This document shows, one piece after another, positions 8,165 to 17,228 of a stretch of 30,668 bases of DNA (the stretch's first letter is position 1; every line of letters starts with the position of its first letter). The stretch is from Clostridiales bacterium (GTDB taxonomy: Bacteria > Bacillota > Clostridia > Oscillospirales > QAMX01): positions 1-30,668 of the forward strand of contig JAEERN010000089.1 in NCBI GenBank assembly GCA_016285815.1. The letters run 5' to 3'. Made by a program: the position numbers and the translations under genes. The notes beneath the pieces were generated by a model. The model had not been told where the DNA came from. It saw only the letters and a program-made list of their open reading frames with translations, and searched no databases.

Positions 8165-9415
8165 ATGTTCGATTGCAAGACCGTCAATGAGTATCTGCTC
8201 GCCGCCGATCCGGAATTGGGGCGGGCCGTGGAGAGCGAGCTTGCCCGCCAGCGGAGCAAGATCGAGCTGATCGCTTCCGAGAATTTCGTGAGCCCGGCGG
8301 TCATGGCCGCCGCCGCTTCGGTTCTGACCAATAAGTACGCCGAGGGGTACCCGGGAAAGCGCTATTACGGCGGGTGCGAGTGTGTGGACGTGGCCGAAGA
8401 GCTGGCCCGCAAGCGCGCCTGTCGGCTGTTCGGCGCGGACCACGCCAACGTTCAGCCGCACAGCGGCGCCAACGCCAACCTGGCGGCCTTTTTCGCCGTT
8501 CTCAAGCCGGGCGACACCGTGCTGAGCATGGACCTGTCCAACGGCGGCCACCTGTCCCACGGAAGCCCCGTGAACATCTCCGGCAAGTATTTCAACATCG
8601 TTCCCTACGGCGTGGATCCCCGGACCCACCGCATCGACTACGACCGGGTCGAGGCGCTGGCCCGTGAAAAGCGGCCGGCCCTGATCCTGGCCGGCGCCAG
8701 CGCGTATCCGCGCGTCATCGACTTTGCGCGCTTCGCCGAGATCGCCCGGTCCGTGGGCGCGGTCTTCATGGTGGACATGGCCCACATCGCGGGCCTCGTG
8801 GCCGCCGGACTGCACCCGTCGCCCGTGCCTTACGCCGACATCGTGACCACCACGACGCACAAGACCCTGCGCGGTCCCCGCGGAGGCATGATCCTCTGCC
8901 GGGAAGAGTACGCCCGCGCCGTCGACAAGGCGGTGTTCCCCGGCACCCAGGGCGGCCCGCTGATGCACATCGTCGCGGGCAAGGCCGTCTGTCTGGGCGA
9001 GGCGCTGAAGCCCGAGTTCAGGGCCTATCAGCAGCGGATCCTCGACAACGCCCAGGCGCTGGCCGCCGGCCTTTTGGAAGAGGGGTTCCGTCTGGTGTCC
9101 GGCGGGACGGACAACCACCTGATGCTGGCCGATCTGCGGCCCTTCGGCAAGACGGGCAAAGAGCTGGAGCACCAGCTGGACGAGGTCAACATCACAGTCA
9201 ACAAGAACACCATCCCGGGCGACCCGGAGAGCCCCTTCGTCACCTCCGGTCTGCGCCTGGGTTCGCCCGCGGCCACCAGCCGCGGACTGGATACGGCCGA
9301 CTTCCGCCGAATCGCCCGGCTCATCGCCGAGACGGCCCGGGACTTCGAGGGCAAGGCGGACGCGATCCGCGCCGAGGTGGCGGACATCTGCGCCGCCCAT
9401 CCGCTGTACGAGTGA
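8165..9415 (+). CDS. glyA: Serine hydroxymethyltransferase
   Basis: [74 protein letters not shown]. Start at ATG 8165 after GGGGGA. Confidence 0.98.
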   Translation: MFDCKTVNEYLLAADPELGRAVESELARQRSKIELIASENFVSPAVMAAAASVLTNKYAEGYPGKRYYGGCECVDVAEELARKRACRLFGADHANVQPHSGANANLAAFFAVLKPGDTVLSMDLSNGGHLSHGSPVNISGKYFNIVPYGVDPRTHRIDYDRVEALAREKRPALILAGASAYPRVIDFARFAEIARSVGAVFMVDMAHIAGLVAAGLHPSPVPYADIVTTTTHKTLRGPRGGMILCREEYARAVDKAVFPGTQGGPLMHIVAGKAVCLGEALKPEFRAYQQRILDNAQALAAGLLEEGFRLVSGGTDNHLMLADLRPFGKTGKELEHQLDEVNITVNKNTIPGDPESPFVTSGLRLGSPAATSRGLDTADFRRIARLIAETARDFEGKADAIRAEVADICAAHPLYE

Positions 9416-9493
9416 GATATGCTTCGGCCGGTCCGGCTTCCCGCCGGACCGGTCCGGGGCTGCGGCGTCCGGCCGCCGGAACGGGCCGGATCT

Positions 9494-9537
9494 GCGCGCG
9501 GCCGCCCGAAACGGGCGCGGACCGCGCGCTTTCTTCT
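9494..9537 (+). terminator. Probable glyA terminator
   Basis: GCGCGCGG...GCCCG-AAA-CGGGC...CCGCGCGC followed by TTTCTTCT. Confidence 0.55.
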
Positions 9538-9599
9538 GTCCGGCCGGAAACGTTGCCGGACAGGAAAAGGACTTTTCGGGAAAGCGCAGGTGATCTTTC

Positions 9600-10874
9600 G
9601 TGTATCGGCCCCTTGCCGACCAGCTCCGGCCCACCGGGCTGGACGAGGTGGTGGGGCAGGCCCATCTGGTCGCCCGCGGCGCGCTGCTGCGCCGGATGAT
9701 CGAGGGCGGGACCCTGTCCAACATGATCTTTTACGGCCCGTCGGGGGTGGGGAAGACCACCGTGGCCGAGATCGCCGCGCGGCGCACCAGCCGCGCGCTG
9801 CACCGGCTCAACGCCACCACGGCCACCATCGCGGACATCCGGGAGATCTGCGCCGAGACGGAGGGCCTCGGCGCGCCGGACGGCGTTCTGCTGTATCTGG
9901 ACGAGATCCAGTATTTCAACAAGAAACAGCAGCAGAGCCTTCTGGAGTTTCTGGAGAACGGCCGGGTGGTCCTGATCGCGTCGACCACGGAAAACCCTTA
10001 CTTCGCCGTGTACAGCGCCGTGCTCAGCCGGTCCACGATCTTCGAGTTCAAGCCGGTCTCCGCCCCGGAGATCGAAAAGAACCTGCTGCGGATCGAGGCG
10101 GCGGTCAGCGCCCGGCGGGGCAGCGGCTTCGCCCTTTCGCCGGAGGCCAGAAGGGCGATCGCCTTCGGCTGCGGCGGCGACGTTCGAAAGTCCGTCAACG
10201 CGGTGGAGCTTCTGGCCGCCGCGGCGCCGGCCGGCGTGGACTGGACCGTGTCGGCGGAGGACGCCGCCGCGGTGAGCCAGCGGTCCTCCATGCGGTACGA
10301 CCGGGACGGGGACGCCCACTACGACCTGCTGTCCGCGCTTCAGAAGTCCATCCGCGGCAGCGACGCGGACGCGTCGGTCTTCTATCTGGCCCGGCTGCTG
10401 ACGGCGGGGGACCTGCCCGGCGTCTGCCGCCGGCTGCTGGTCATCGCCGCCGAGGACGTGGGGCTGGCCTATCCCCAGGCGGTCCCCGTGGTCAAGGCCT
10501 GCGTGGACGCGGCGCTTCAGCTTGGCCTGCCCGAGGCGCAGCTTCCGCTGTCCGAGGCCGCGGTGCTGATGGCCACCGCACCCAAGTCCAACTCGGTCGC
10601 CGAGGCCATCGCCGCCGCCATGGCGGACGTGGCCGCCGGCCTCGGCGGGGACGTTCCGGCCCACCTGAAGGACGCGCACTACGCCGGGGCGAAAAAGCTG
10701 GGGCGCGGCGAGACGTATCGCTATCCGCACGCGTTCCCGGACCACTGGGTCGCGCAGCGGTATCTGCCGGACGATCTGACGGGAAAGACGTATTACGAAT
10801 TCGGCCCCAACAAGCTGGAACAGGCTTCCAGGGCCTATTGGGACGCGGTGAAAGCCCGATCCCGGGACGAATAG
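9600..10874 (+). CDS. rarA: Replication-associated recombination AAA+ ATPase (RarA/MgsA)
   Basis: PLADQLRPTGLDEVVGQ, Walker A GPSGVGKTT, LDEIQYFNKKQQ, TTENPYF, KSIRGSD, AAEDVGLA, PKSNS, YRYPH; GTG start after AGGTGA. Confidence 0.95.
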   Translation: MYRPLADQLRPTGLDEVVGQAHLVARGALLRRMIEGGTLSNMIFYGPSGVGKTTVAEIAARRTSRALHRLNATTATIADIREICAETEGLGAPDGVLLYLDEIQYFNKKQQQSLLEFLENGRVVLIASTTENPYFAVYSAVLSRSTIFEFKPVSAPEIEKNLLRIEAAVSARRGSGFALSPEARRAIAFGCGGDVRKSVNAVELLAAAAPAGVDWTVSAEDAAAVSQRSSMRYDRDGDAHYDLLSALQKSIRGSDADASVFYLARLLTAGDLPGVCRRLLVIAAEDVGLAYPQAVPVVKACVDAALQLGLPEAQLPLSEAAVLMATAPKSNSVAEAIAAAMADVAAGLGGDVPAHLKDAHYAGAKKLGRGETYRYPHAFPDHWVAQRYLPDDLTGKTYYEFGPNKLEQASRAYWDAVKARSRDE

Positions 10875-10885
10875 AGGAGGACCCC

Positions 10886-11383
10886 ATGGAATTTCGCAAG
10901 ATGCGCCGAAGCGCCCAGCAGCTTTCCCCCGAGGAGACGCTGGCCATCCTGGACCGCGGCAGCTGCGGCGTGCTGGCGCTGGCGGGGGACGGCGGATACC
11001 CCTACGCCGTGCCCATGAGCTACGTCCGCGCGGGGGACAAGCTTTACTTCCACGGCGCCAGGACCGGCCACCGGGCCGACGCGGTCCGCCGGTGCGGCAA
11101 GGCCAGCTTCTGCGTCGTGGATCAGGACGAGGTGGACGCGGAGCGGTTCACCACGCTCTACCGGAGCGCCGTGGTCTTCGGCGTCGTCCGCCGGATCGAG
11201 GATCCGGCGGCGATGCGGGCGGCCTGTCTGCTGCTGGCGGAAAAGTATTCGCCTGGCCGCAGGGAGGCGGCGGAGGCCGAGACCGAACGGGAGTTCCCGG
11301 CCCTCGCCGTCTACGAGCTGACCATGGAACACGTCACGGGGAAAGAGGGCGTCGAGCTGACGCGCGCCCGGAGGAACGGATGA
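10886..11383 (+). CDS. NimA-like / pyridoxamine 5'-phosphate oxidase-family flavin-binding protein
   Basis: ATG 10886 after GAGGAGG; FRKMRRSAQQL, GVLALAGDGGYPYAVPMSY, LYFHGARTGH, SFCVVDQD, FTTLYRSAVVFG, HVTGKE. It is the tail of the 9419-11383 ORF. Confidence 0.85.
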   Translation: MEFRKMRRSAQQLSPEETLAILDRGSCGVLALAGDGGYPYAVPMSYVRAGDKLYFHGARTGHRADAVRRCGKASFCVVDQDEVDAERFTTLYRSAVVFGVVRRIEDPAAMRAACLLLAEKYSPGRREAAEAETEREFPALAVYELTMEHVTGKEGVELTRARRNG

Positions 11384-12213
11384 GGATCGATTTCCACACG
11401 CACGTCTTTCCCGACCGGATCGCCGCGCGGGCGGTGGAAAAGCTGGAGGCGGCGGGCGATATCCGCGCCCTGTCGGACGGGACGGCGGCGGGCCTGGCGG
11501 CCTCCATGGCCGCGGCGGGGATCGATATCTCGGTGACGCTGCCGGTGGCCACCGCCGGGCGGCAGGTGATCTCCATCAACGACGGCGCGCTGGAACAGGT
11601 CCGGACCTTTTCGGGGCGGGGCTTGTTGCCCTTCGGCGCCATGCATCCGGAGTTCGGGGACTATCGGGCCGAGCTGAAGCGGCTGGCCCGGGGCGGCGTT
11701 CGCGGAATCAAGCTGCATCCGGACTATCAGGGGGTCTTTTTCGACGATCCGAGGATCCTGCGGATCGTCGACGCCGCCAACGAGCAGGGGCTTGTGGTGG
11801 TGACCCACGCCGGGGCGGATATCGGCTTCCCGCCGCCTGCGCACTGCACGCCGGAGCGGGTGCTGGCCCTGCTGCGCGCGGTGCGGCCGGACAAGCTGGT
11901 GCTGGCCCACATGGGCGGCTGGCAGATGTGGGACGAGGCGGGCGAAGCGCTGGCCGGAACGGGCGTCTATGTGGACACGGCCTTCGTCCTCGCGCCCCAC
12001 GCCCACCGGGACGGCCGCCCCGTGGACATGCTCTCGCCGGAGAGATTCACGGCGCTGGTCCGGGCCTTCGGCGCGGACCGGGTGCTGTTCGGGACCGACA
12101 GCCCCTGGTCCGATCAGTGCGGGACCGTCCGCCGGATCGAGGCCTGCGGTCTCACCGAAGCCGAGCGCCGGGCCGTATTCCAGGACAACGCCGCGCGCCT
12201 GCTGGGGCTTTGA
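11380..12213 (+). CDS. Amidohydrolase family (Amidohydro_2-like) protein
   Basis: ATGA overlap with upstream gene; IDFHTH, GIKLHPDYQ, THAG, LAHMGG, VDTA, LFGTDSPW. Confidence 0.88.
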   Translation: MRIDFHTHVFPDRIAARAVEKLEAAGDIRALSDGTAAGLAASMAAAGIDISVTLPVATAGRQVISINDGALEQVRTFSGRGLLPFGAMHPEFGDYRAELKRLARGGVRGIKLHPDYQGVFFDDPRILRIVDAANEQGLVVVTHAGADIGFPPPAHCTPERVLALLRAVRPDKLVLAHMGGWQMWDEAGEALAGTGVYVDTAFVLAPHAHRDGRPVDMLSPERFTALVRAFGADRVLFGTDSPWSDQCGTVRRIEACGLTEAERRAVFQDNAARLLGL

Positions 12214-12239
12214 GGCCCGGCGCACCGCCGGACAAATAG

Positions 12240-12291
12240 AAAAAGCGCGCCGCGGAAAGCCGATCTGGCTCTCCGCGGCGCGGGCCGTTTT
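12240..12291. terminator. Terminator between convergent amidohydrolase and FAD oxidoreductase
   Basis: CGCGCCGCGGA...TCCGCGGCGCG 11-bp outer stem; A-tract at 12240-12244 gives a U-tail on the minus strand. Confidence 0.65.
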
Positions 12292-12323
12292 GGGGGGAAG
12301 AAGGCCGGAAGCGGCGCCTGCGC

Positions 12324-13577
12324 TTATCCGAGGAAGGCGCCGCGGGCCGACAGGATCCGGCGGATCTCGGCGACGTCGGCCTCCGGCACGGGGACCCCCG
12401 CCTTCAGGGCGACGGCCGCGCCGACGCCCGCCGCCTCGCCGGTGGTGGCGCAGATGGGCATGATGCGGATCGAGGCTTGGGCCTCGTGCGTGGCGGAGAG
12501 ACAGCGGCCGCCCACCAGCAGATTGTCCGTTCCCCGGGGGATCAGAGACCGGAAGGGGATCGTGTAGTACGCGCCGGCGGGGAAATAATAGTGGCTGGTG
12601 CCGGTGCCCTCCGGGTTGTGGATGTCGATGTCGTAGTTGCCCGCGGCGATGGCGTCGGGAAAGCGCGTCTCCGCCCGCAGCTCTTCGCCTGTCAGCAGGT
12701 GGAGCCCGTCGATCATGCGGCTCTCGCGCACGCCGACGGCGGGCGCGGAAAAGGCGATCTCGCTGTCTTCGAAGCCCGGGATGTTTTCCTTTAAAAAGCG
12801 GAAGATCTCAAACATCTGCTCGCGGCCCTCGCGCTCGGCCCGGGACAGGTCGAAGGGGTCGGTGGGATCCAGACGCACGATGCGGGTGGTGTTGAAATGC
12901 AGCATCCCGGGCACCAGCGAGTCGAAGACAAGAACGTTCTCCCGCGGGTTTTTGATCTTGCCCTCGCGCTGCAGCGCTTCGTAGAGGGGGTTGATCTCGC
13001 GCCGGTGGGCGCGGAAGCGCTCTTTGTCCACGTTGGCCAGACGGAAGCACAGGGTCATGGGCTGGCAGAGCGAGTCGGCATCCCGGCCCAGACGGAAGGG
13101 ACAGCCGGCGAGATACGCCAGATCGGCGTCTCCCGTGGCGTCCACGTAACAGCAGGCCGACAGGGAAAAGCTGCCCTTTTTGCCGGAGAAGGTGAGTCCG
13201 GTGATGCGGCGCCCGTCCCGGGAGACGCCGGTCAGAAGCGCGTGAAACAGCACGTCCACGCCGGCCTCGGCGGTCATGCGGTCCAGCACGACCTTCATGT
13301 ACTCCTCGTGGAAGGTGCGCTTTCCTTTGATCTGGCCGAGCTCCTCCAGACGGCGGAGGACCTCGGAGAAGATCCCGCGGGAGAGCTCCAGCTGCTCTCC
13401 GGCGCCGTCGGTGGTGGCGAAAGGCATGAAGGGGTTGACGAGACAGTTCACGGCGGCGCCGCCCAGCGCGCCGCCGGCTTCGGCCAGCAGGACGGAAAGC
13501 CCTTCCCGGGCCGCCGCGATGGACGCGGCGACGCCGGTGAGGCCGCCGCCGACCACGATGACGTCATAGTGCTTCAT
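12324..13577 (-). CDS. FAD-dependent oxidoreductase (FAD_oxidored-like), substrate unknown
   Basis: DVIVVGGGLTGVAASIAAAREG Rossmann motif, YVDATGDADLA, GVRESR, YTIPFRSL, NLLVGGRCLS; AGGAGG RBS. Confidence 0.88.
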   Translation of the reverse strand: MKHYDVIVVGGGLTGVAASIAAAREGLSVLLAEAGGALGGAAVNCLVNPFMPFATTDGAGEQLELSRGIFSEVLRRLEELGQIKGKRTFHEEYMKVVLDRMTAEAGVDVLFHALLTGVSRDGRRITGLTFSGKKGSFSLSACCYVDATGDADLAYLAGCPFRLGRDADSLCQPMTLCFRLANVDKERFRAHRREINPLYEALQREGKIKNPRENVLVFDSLVPGMLHFNTTRIVRLDPTDPFDLSRAEREGREQMFEIFRFLKENIPGFEDSEIAFSAPAVGVRESRMIDGLHLLTGEELRAETRFPDAIAAGNYDIDIHNPEGTGTSHYYFPAGAYYTIPFRSLIPRGTDNLLVGGRCLSATHEAQASIRIMPICATTGEAAGVGAAVALKAGVPVPEADVAEIRRILSARGAFLG

Positions 13578-13624
13578 CTTTTCCTCCTGACTGGGGCCGC
13601 TCCGCGGCGGCGGGACCCTGATCG

Positions 13625-14683
13625 TTATGCGTTATAGGCGTGCTTGGCGCGGCGGAACCCGTCGGGGAACAGCCGGGCCGACAGACGGATGCATCGGGTC
13701 ATCCAGCGCGTCAGGGTCACGTTTTTGGTGGCCAGCACGCGGGCGGACAGGCGAAAGGCGCGGCCGCAGTCCCGGGGGAACGTCCGGCAGCGGACCAGCG
13801 CGGGGTCCCGGATCACCCGCCCCACGGCGGCGCGCTTTTCGGCGCGGCTCAAAGGACAGGCGGGCGAGTCCAGCGGCGTCAGGCACGAGAGGGCGCTTTT
13901 GACCAGCATGTAGTTCAAAAGCGGCCGCCGCTCGTTCTCCGGAACGCCGAAGGCGCGGCACAGCTCTTCGATCCGCCGGTCGATGGAAAGACAGATCTCG
14001 AACTTTTCCGGCAGATAGCGGGTCGAAAGCGTCTCCCGCGCGCTGCGGCGATAGCGGTAAAGGGGATAGGGCAGCACCACGGCGCGGGGCGCCGCGGCGA
14101 TGAGGTCGAAGCAGAACAGCCGGTCCTCGCCGAAGGGGACGGCGGGAAAGCGGATCCCGTTCCGCCGGATCAGGTCCAGCGAACAGACCTTGTTCCAGCA
14201 GGGGTTCAGCATGTTCCGGGCGTACAGCTCCAGCACGGCGTCCCGATAGTCGGTCACCGAGTCCAGAACGCGCTCGGCGGCGACGTAGTCGAACATGCTG
14301 TGCTCGTCGACGTTCTCCAGCGCGAAGCCGAAGACGACCAGCTCGGCCTTCTGTTCGGTCAGCGCCCGGACCGCGCTCTCCAGCGCGAAGGGGATCAGAA
14401 GATCGTCGCTGTCGAGAAAGGCGACGTAGCGTCCCCGGGCGGCGTCCAGCGCGCGGTTCCGCGCGGCGGAGACGCCGCCGTTCTCCGCGCTTTTGATCAC
14501 GCGCACGCGCTTGTCCGGCCAGTTCCCGGCCAGCGCGGCGGTGCCGTCGGACGAGCCGTCGTCCGACACGAGAACCTCGAAGGGGAACGAGGTCTTCTGG
14601 GCGCAGACCGAACCCAGCGCCTCGCCCAGCACGCTCTCGGCGTTATGGGCGGGGATGATGACGGAAAGCAGCGGCTCAGACAC
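13625..14683 (-). CDS. Family 2 glycosyltransferase
   Basis: SVIIPAHNAE, VSDDGSSD, GGVSAARN, FLDSDD, PCWNKV, GEDRLF; GTG start overlaps the kinase stop by 8 nt. Confidence 0.88.
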   Translation of the reverse strand: MSEPLLSVIIPAHNAESVLGEALGSVCAQKTSFPFEVLVSDDGSSDGTAALAGNWPDKRVRVIKSAENGGVSAARNRALDAARGRYVAFLDSDDLLIPFALESAVRALTEQKAELVVFGFALENVDEHSMFDYVAAERVLDSVTDYRDAVLELYARNMLNPCWNKVCSLDLIRRNGIRFPAVPFGEDRLFCFDLIAAAPRAVVLPYPLYRYRRSARETLSTRYLPEKFEICLSIDRRIEELCRAFGVPENERRPLLNYMLVKSALSCLTPLDSPACPLSRAEKRAAVGRVIRDPALVRCRTFPRDCGRAFRLSARVLATKNVTLTRWMTRCIRLSARLFPDGFRRAKHAYNA

Positions 14684-15698
14684 AGTAGTCCCGGAATCTC
14701 CGGATCACCTGTTCCGGCGTGGCGAAGCCCGTGACGCCGATCTGCTGGATGGTGATGGAGGAGACGATGTTGCCCATCTGGGCGGCGTCCTCGGCGCTGG
14801 CGCCCAGCGCCAGGCTCAGCACGATGCCGGAGGACGAAGCGTCCCCCGCGCCGCAGATGTCGAAGGGGCCGGGCACGTCGATGGCGGGGGAGACGTGCAT
14901 CCCGGACGCGTCGAAGCAGATGCTGCCCTCTTTGCCGCGGGTGACGAAGACGGGGCGGCCGTTGCGCTCGTAGAGCTTTTTGCCGCATTCAAAGACCACC
15001 GAGTCGTCCGGCTTGCCCTCGAAGTCGGGCATAACGCTCTTGACCACCTCGAAGTTGTTGCACTTGACCACGACGCCGGAGAACAGGTGGATGAACGCGC
15101 GCGAGTCGGCGTAGATGACGAGATCCGGCCGACGGGCGGCCAGCTCCATCAGCGCCTTGCGGACGCTGCGGTTCACGACGCCGCAGTCCTCTTCGACGAA
15201 CTGGTCCAGCACCAGCACGGCCTGGGACGTCTCCGCGCAGCGGTTCAGGTTTTCGATGATCTTCGCCTCGATCTCGGGGCGGACCGGAACGAAGTTCTTG
15301 AAGTCCAGCCGGTTGAGCTCGGCATAGTCGCCGGGCTTGCCGCGCATGGGCTTGGTATAGGTCGAGGTGCAGCGCGCGGGATCCCGGACCATGCCCGAGG
15401 TGTCCGCGCCGATCTTTTCCAGCGCCTGGATCAGCTCCCAGCCCTCGCCGTCCTCGCCGACGATGCCGACGCAGCGGACCTTGGCGGTCAGACCGCGCAG
15501 ATTGTTGGTGACCGTGCCGGCGCCGCCGGGATAGATGCCCTTGCCCACCACCTGATAGGCGGTCAGACCGGTCTCCAGACTGGGCTCGTCCAGATCGGGG
15601 TCGATGTACAGATATTTGTCGAGGCAGAAGTCACCCAGAACGGTGACGGTGCACTCCGGCGCGCGGGACATGAGAGATCGGATGCTTTCGAGAGTCAT
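14676..15698 (-). CDS. PfkB-family kinase, HldE/RfaE kinase-domain-like
   Basis: ATG 15698 after AGGAGG; VLGDFCLDKY, PGGAGTV, VGIVGEDGEG, VTRGKEG, anion-hole DICGAGD. Confidence 0.8.
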   Translation of the reverse strand: MTLESIRSLMSRAPECTVTVLGDFCLDKYLYIDPDLDEPSLETGLTAYQVVGKGIYPGGAGTVTNNLRGLTAKVRCVGIVGEDGEGWELIQALEKIGADTSGMVRDPARCTSTYTKPMRGKPGDYAELNRLDFKNFVPVRPEIEAKIIENLNRCAETSQAVLVLDQFVEEDCGVVNRSVRKALMELAARRPDLVIYADSRAFIHLFSGVVVKCNNFEVVKSVMPDFEGKPDDSVVFECGKKLYERNGRPVFVTRGKEGSICFDASGMHVSPAIDVPGPFDICGAGDASSSGIVLSLALGASAEDAAQMGNIVSSITIQQIGVTGFATPEQVIRRFRDYCV

Positions 15699-15733
15699 GG
15701 CGGTTTCCTCCTGTATTTCTGTTTTGGTCGGGA

Positions 15734-17068
15734 TCACTTCTGAAGGATGAAGTCGACGATCTTCTGAGCCTCTTCAAAGTCCGGGATGACCGCGCCGGCG
15801 CCGGCGCCCACCAGACGCTGGCGCTTCCACTCGTCGATGCCGCACTTGCGGGCCTCGTCCGTGGCGACGGCGATGGGATAGCCGCCGATGCGGGAGACCA
15901 GCTCGATCTCCACGAACCCGTCGCCGAAGCTCAGCAGCTCGCTGCCGTCCAGATCGTTTTCCGCCAGCAGGCGGCGGATGACCAGCTCTTTCGTGCAGGC
16001 GGTGGCGTGCTCGTCCAGCGCGCCGTAGATGTTTTCGCCGAAATAGCGGTCCATGCCCAGCAGGGCCGCCTCTTCGCGGACCTGAGGCTGGTCGGTGCCG
16101 GAGGCGCAGTAGAGCCGGATGCCGTTGTCCAAAAGCGTCTGCAGCAGCTTGCACGAGCCGCGGACCAGCAGCGTCTCGGGGTCGATCTCGCCGCTGCGGA
16201 GGCCCTCGCGCCGGTCGTGGATCTTTTCCATCAGACGGCGGATGTACTCGGCCTTGTAGTCCATGGGATCCAGCGGCGTGCCGCCGCGCTTTTTGATCTC
16301 GTCGGCCAGGGCCATGCACTGGTAGATGGTCTGTTTCCCGGTCAGCATGTCGACGAACTCGGTGACGCAGCGCTCGATCTCCTCGGGCGTTTCGTCCGCC
16401 GCGCCGGGGGCCTTGACCAGCTCTTCGCAGAAATAGGGGATCATGATCTTCTGCCAGCCCTCGCGGATCAGGGACAGGGTCCCGTCAAAGTCGAACAGGG
16501 CGAACTTGAAGTCGTGGCCGTCGGGCGGGAAGATGACCTCGAGGCCCCACTCGTCCTTCAGCGTCTCGCGGACGGTGCGGATGACGGCGTGGAAGGCGAT
16601 GAAGCAGATGTCGGCCACCTCGGAGGGACAGCCGCTGTCGACGAAGAAGCGCAGGTCGGCGCTTTCCGCCAGCGCCTCGCCGCCGAGGCCGGTGAAGGCC
16701 ACGGTCTTCAGACCGGCCGCGGACGCGGCGGCCGAAAGGGCGGTCAGCGCGTCGTCTGCGCCGAAGGTCGCCAGCACGTCGCCAGCGCCGGCGGCGTCCG
16801 GAAGGGCGGCGGGACAGGCGCCGAGACAGACGGCGTTCAGGCCCTTGCGGCCCAGAACGGCACAGCCGCGGGACAGACTGACGGCCGCGTCGGCCGCCAT
16901 GCCGGCGGTGCGTTCGCTGCCGGCGGTATAGACGGTGCCGCCGGCTTTCCAGACGGAGACGAAAAGCCCGGCGGCCGCGGTGACGGCGGATTCGTCGATG
17001 CCGGCCTTCAGGGCGGAAACGGCGTCAAGGTAGCCGCGGGCGGCCGCGGCGGGATCCTGTTTGCTCAT
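15734..17068 (-). CDS. Fusion of degenerate GmhA-like SIS domain (N-terminal ~140 aa) and HAD-superfamily hydrolase
   Basis: N-terminus GGTVYTAG..GDVL..GLKTVAFTGLGG..ADLRFFV..H follows SIS/GmhA layout; C-terminus has FDFDGTLS (HAD I), CASGT (II), SFGDG (IV); GAGAGG RBS. Confidence 0.8.
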   Translation of the reverse strand: MSKQDPAAAARGYLDAVSALKAGIDESAVTAAAGLFVSVWKAGGTVYTAGSERTAGMAADAAVSLSRGCAVLGRKGLNAVCLGACPAALPDAAGAGDVLATFGADDALTALSAAASAAGLKTVAFTGLGGEALAESADLRFFVDSGCPSEVADICFIAFHAVIRTVRETLKDEWGLEVIFPPDGHDFKFALFDFDGTLSLIREGWQKIMIPYFCEELVKAPGAADETPEEIERCVTEFVDMLTGKQTIYQCMALADEIKKRGGTPLDPMDYKAEYIRRLMEKIHDRREGLRSGEIDPETLLVRGSCKLLQTLLDNGIRLYCASGTDQPQVREEAALLGMDRYFGENIYGALDEHATACTKELVIRRLLAENDLDGSELLSFGDGFVEIELVSRIGGYPIAVATDEARKCGIDEWKRQRLVGAGAGAVIPDFEEAQKIVDFILQK

Positions 17069-17199
17069 GGGTCAGACCTCTCTTTTTCGGATTGAAGGGC
17101 TTTCCCGGCGGCGGCGCCGCGCGGGGGAGACGGCGGTCCCTGCGCGCGGGATCCCGGGCGGGGAGGCGCGCGGCGGAAGCTTCTGCCGCTCCACGTTCC

Positions 17200-17228
17200 A
17201 TTATAGCACAAGCGCGCCGCCGTGCCAA
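17200..17228 (-). promoter_or_regulatory. SigmaA promoter of the SIS-HAD/kinase/GT2/FAD operon
   Basis: Minus strand TTGGCA-17 nt-TATAAT with TGC extension. Confidence 0.75.

Noticed and set aside
7966-8331. N-terminal extension of nth
   Set aside because: Runs through the AT-rich promoter region and antisense into glyA; real start has an RBS at 7965.
5562-9724. Several 400-740 aa ORFs (5562-7082, 5954-7381, 6472-7995, 7505-9724)
   Set aside because: High-GC stop-poor shadow frames of LysR, MBL, nth and glyA; low-complexity R/P/G/A composition.
9419-10885. Long upstream part of the 654-aa ORF
   Set aside because: Alternative frame over rarA; only 10886-11383 is protein-like.
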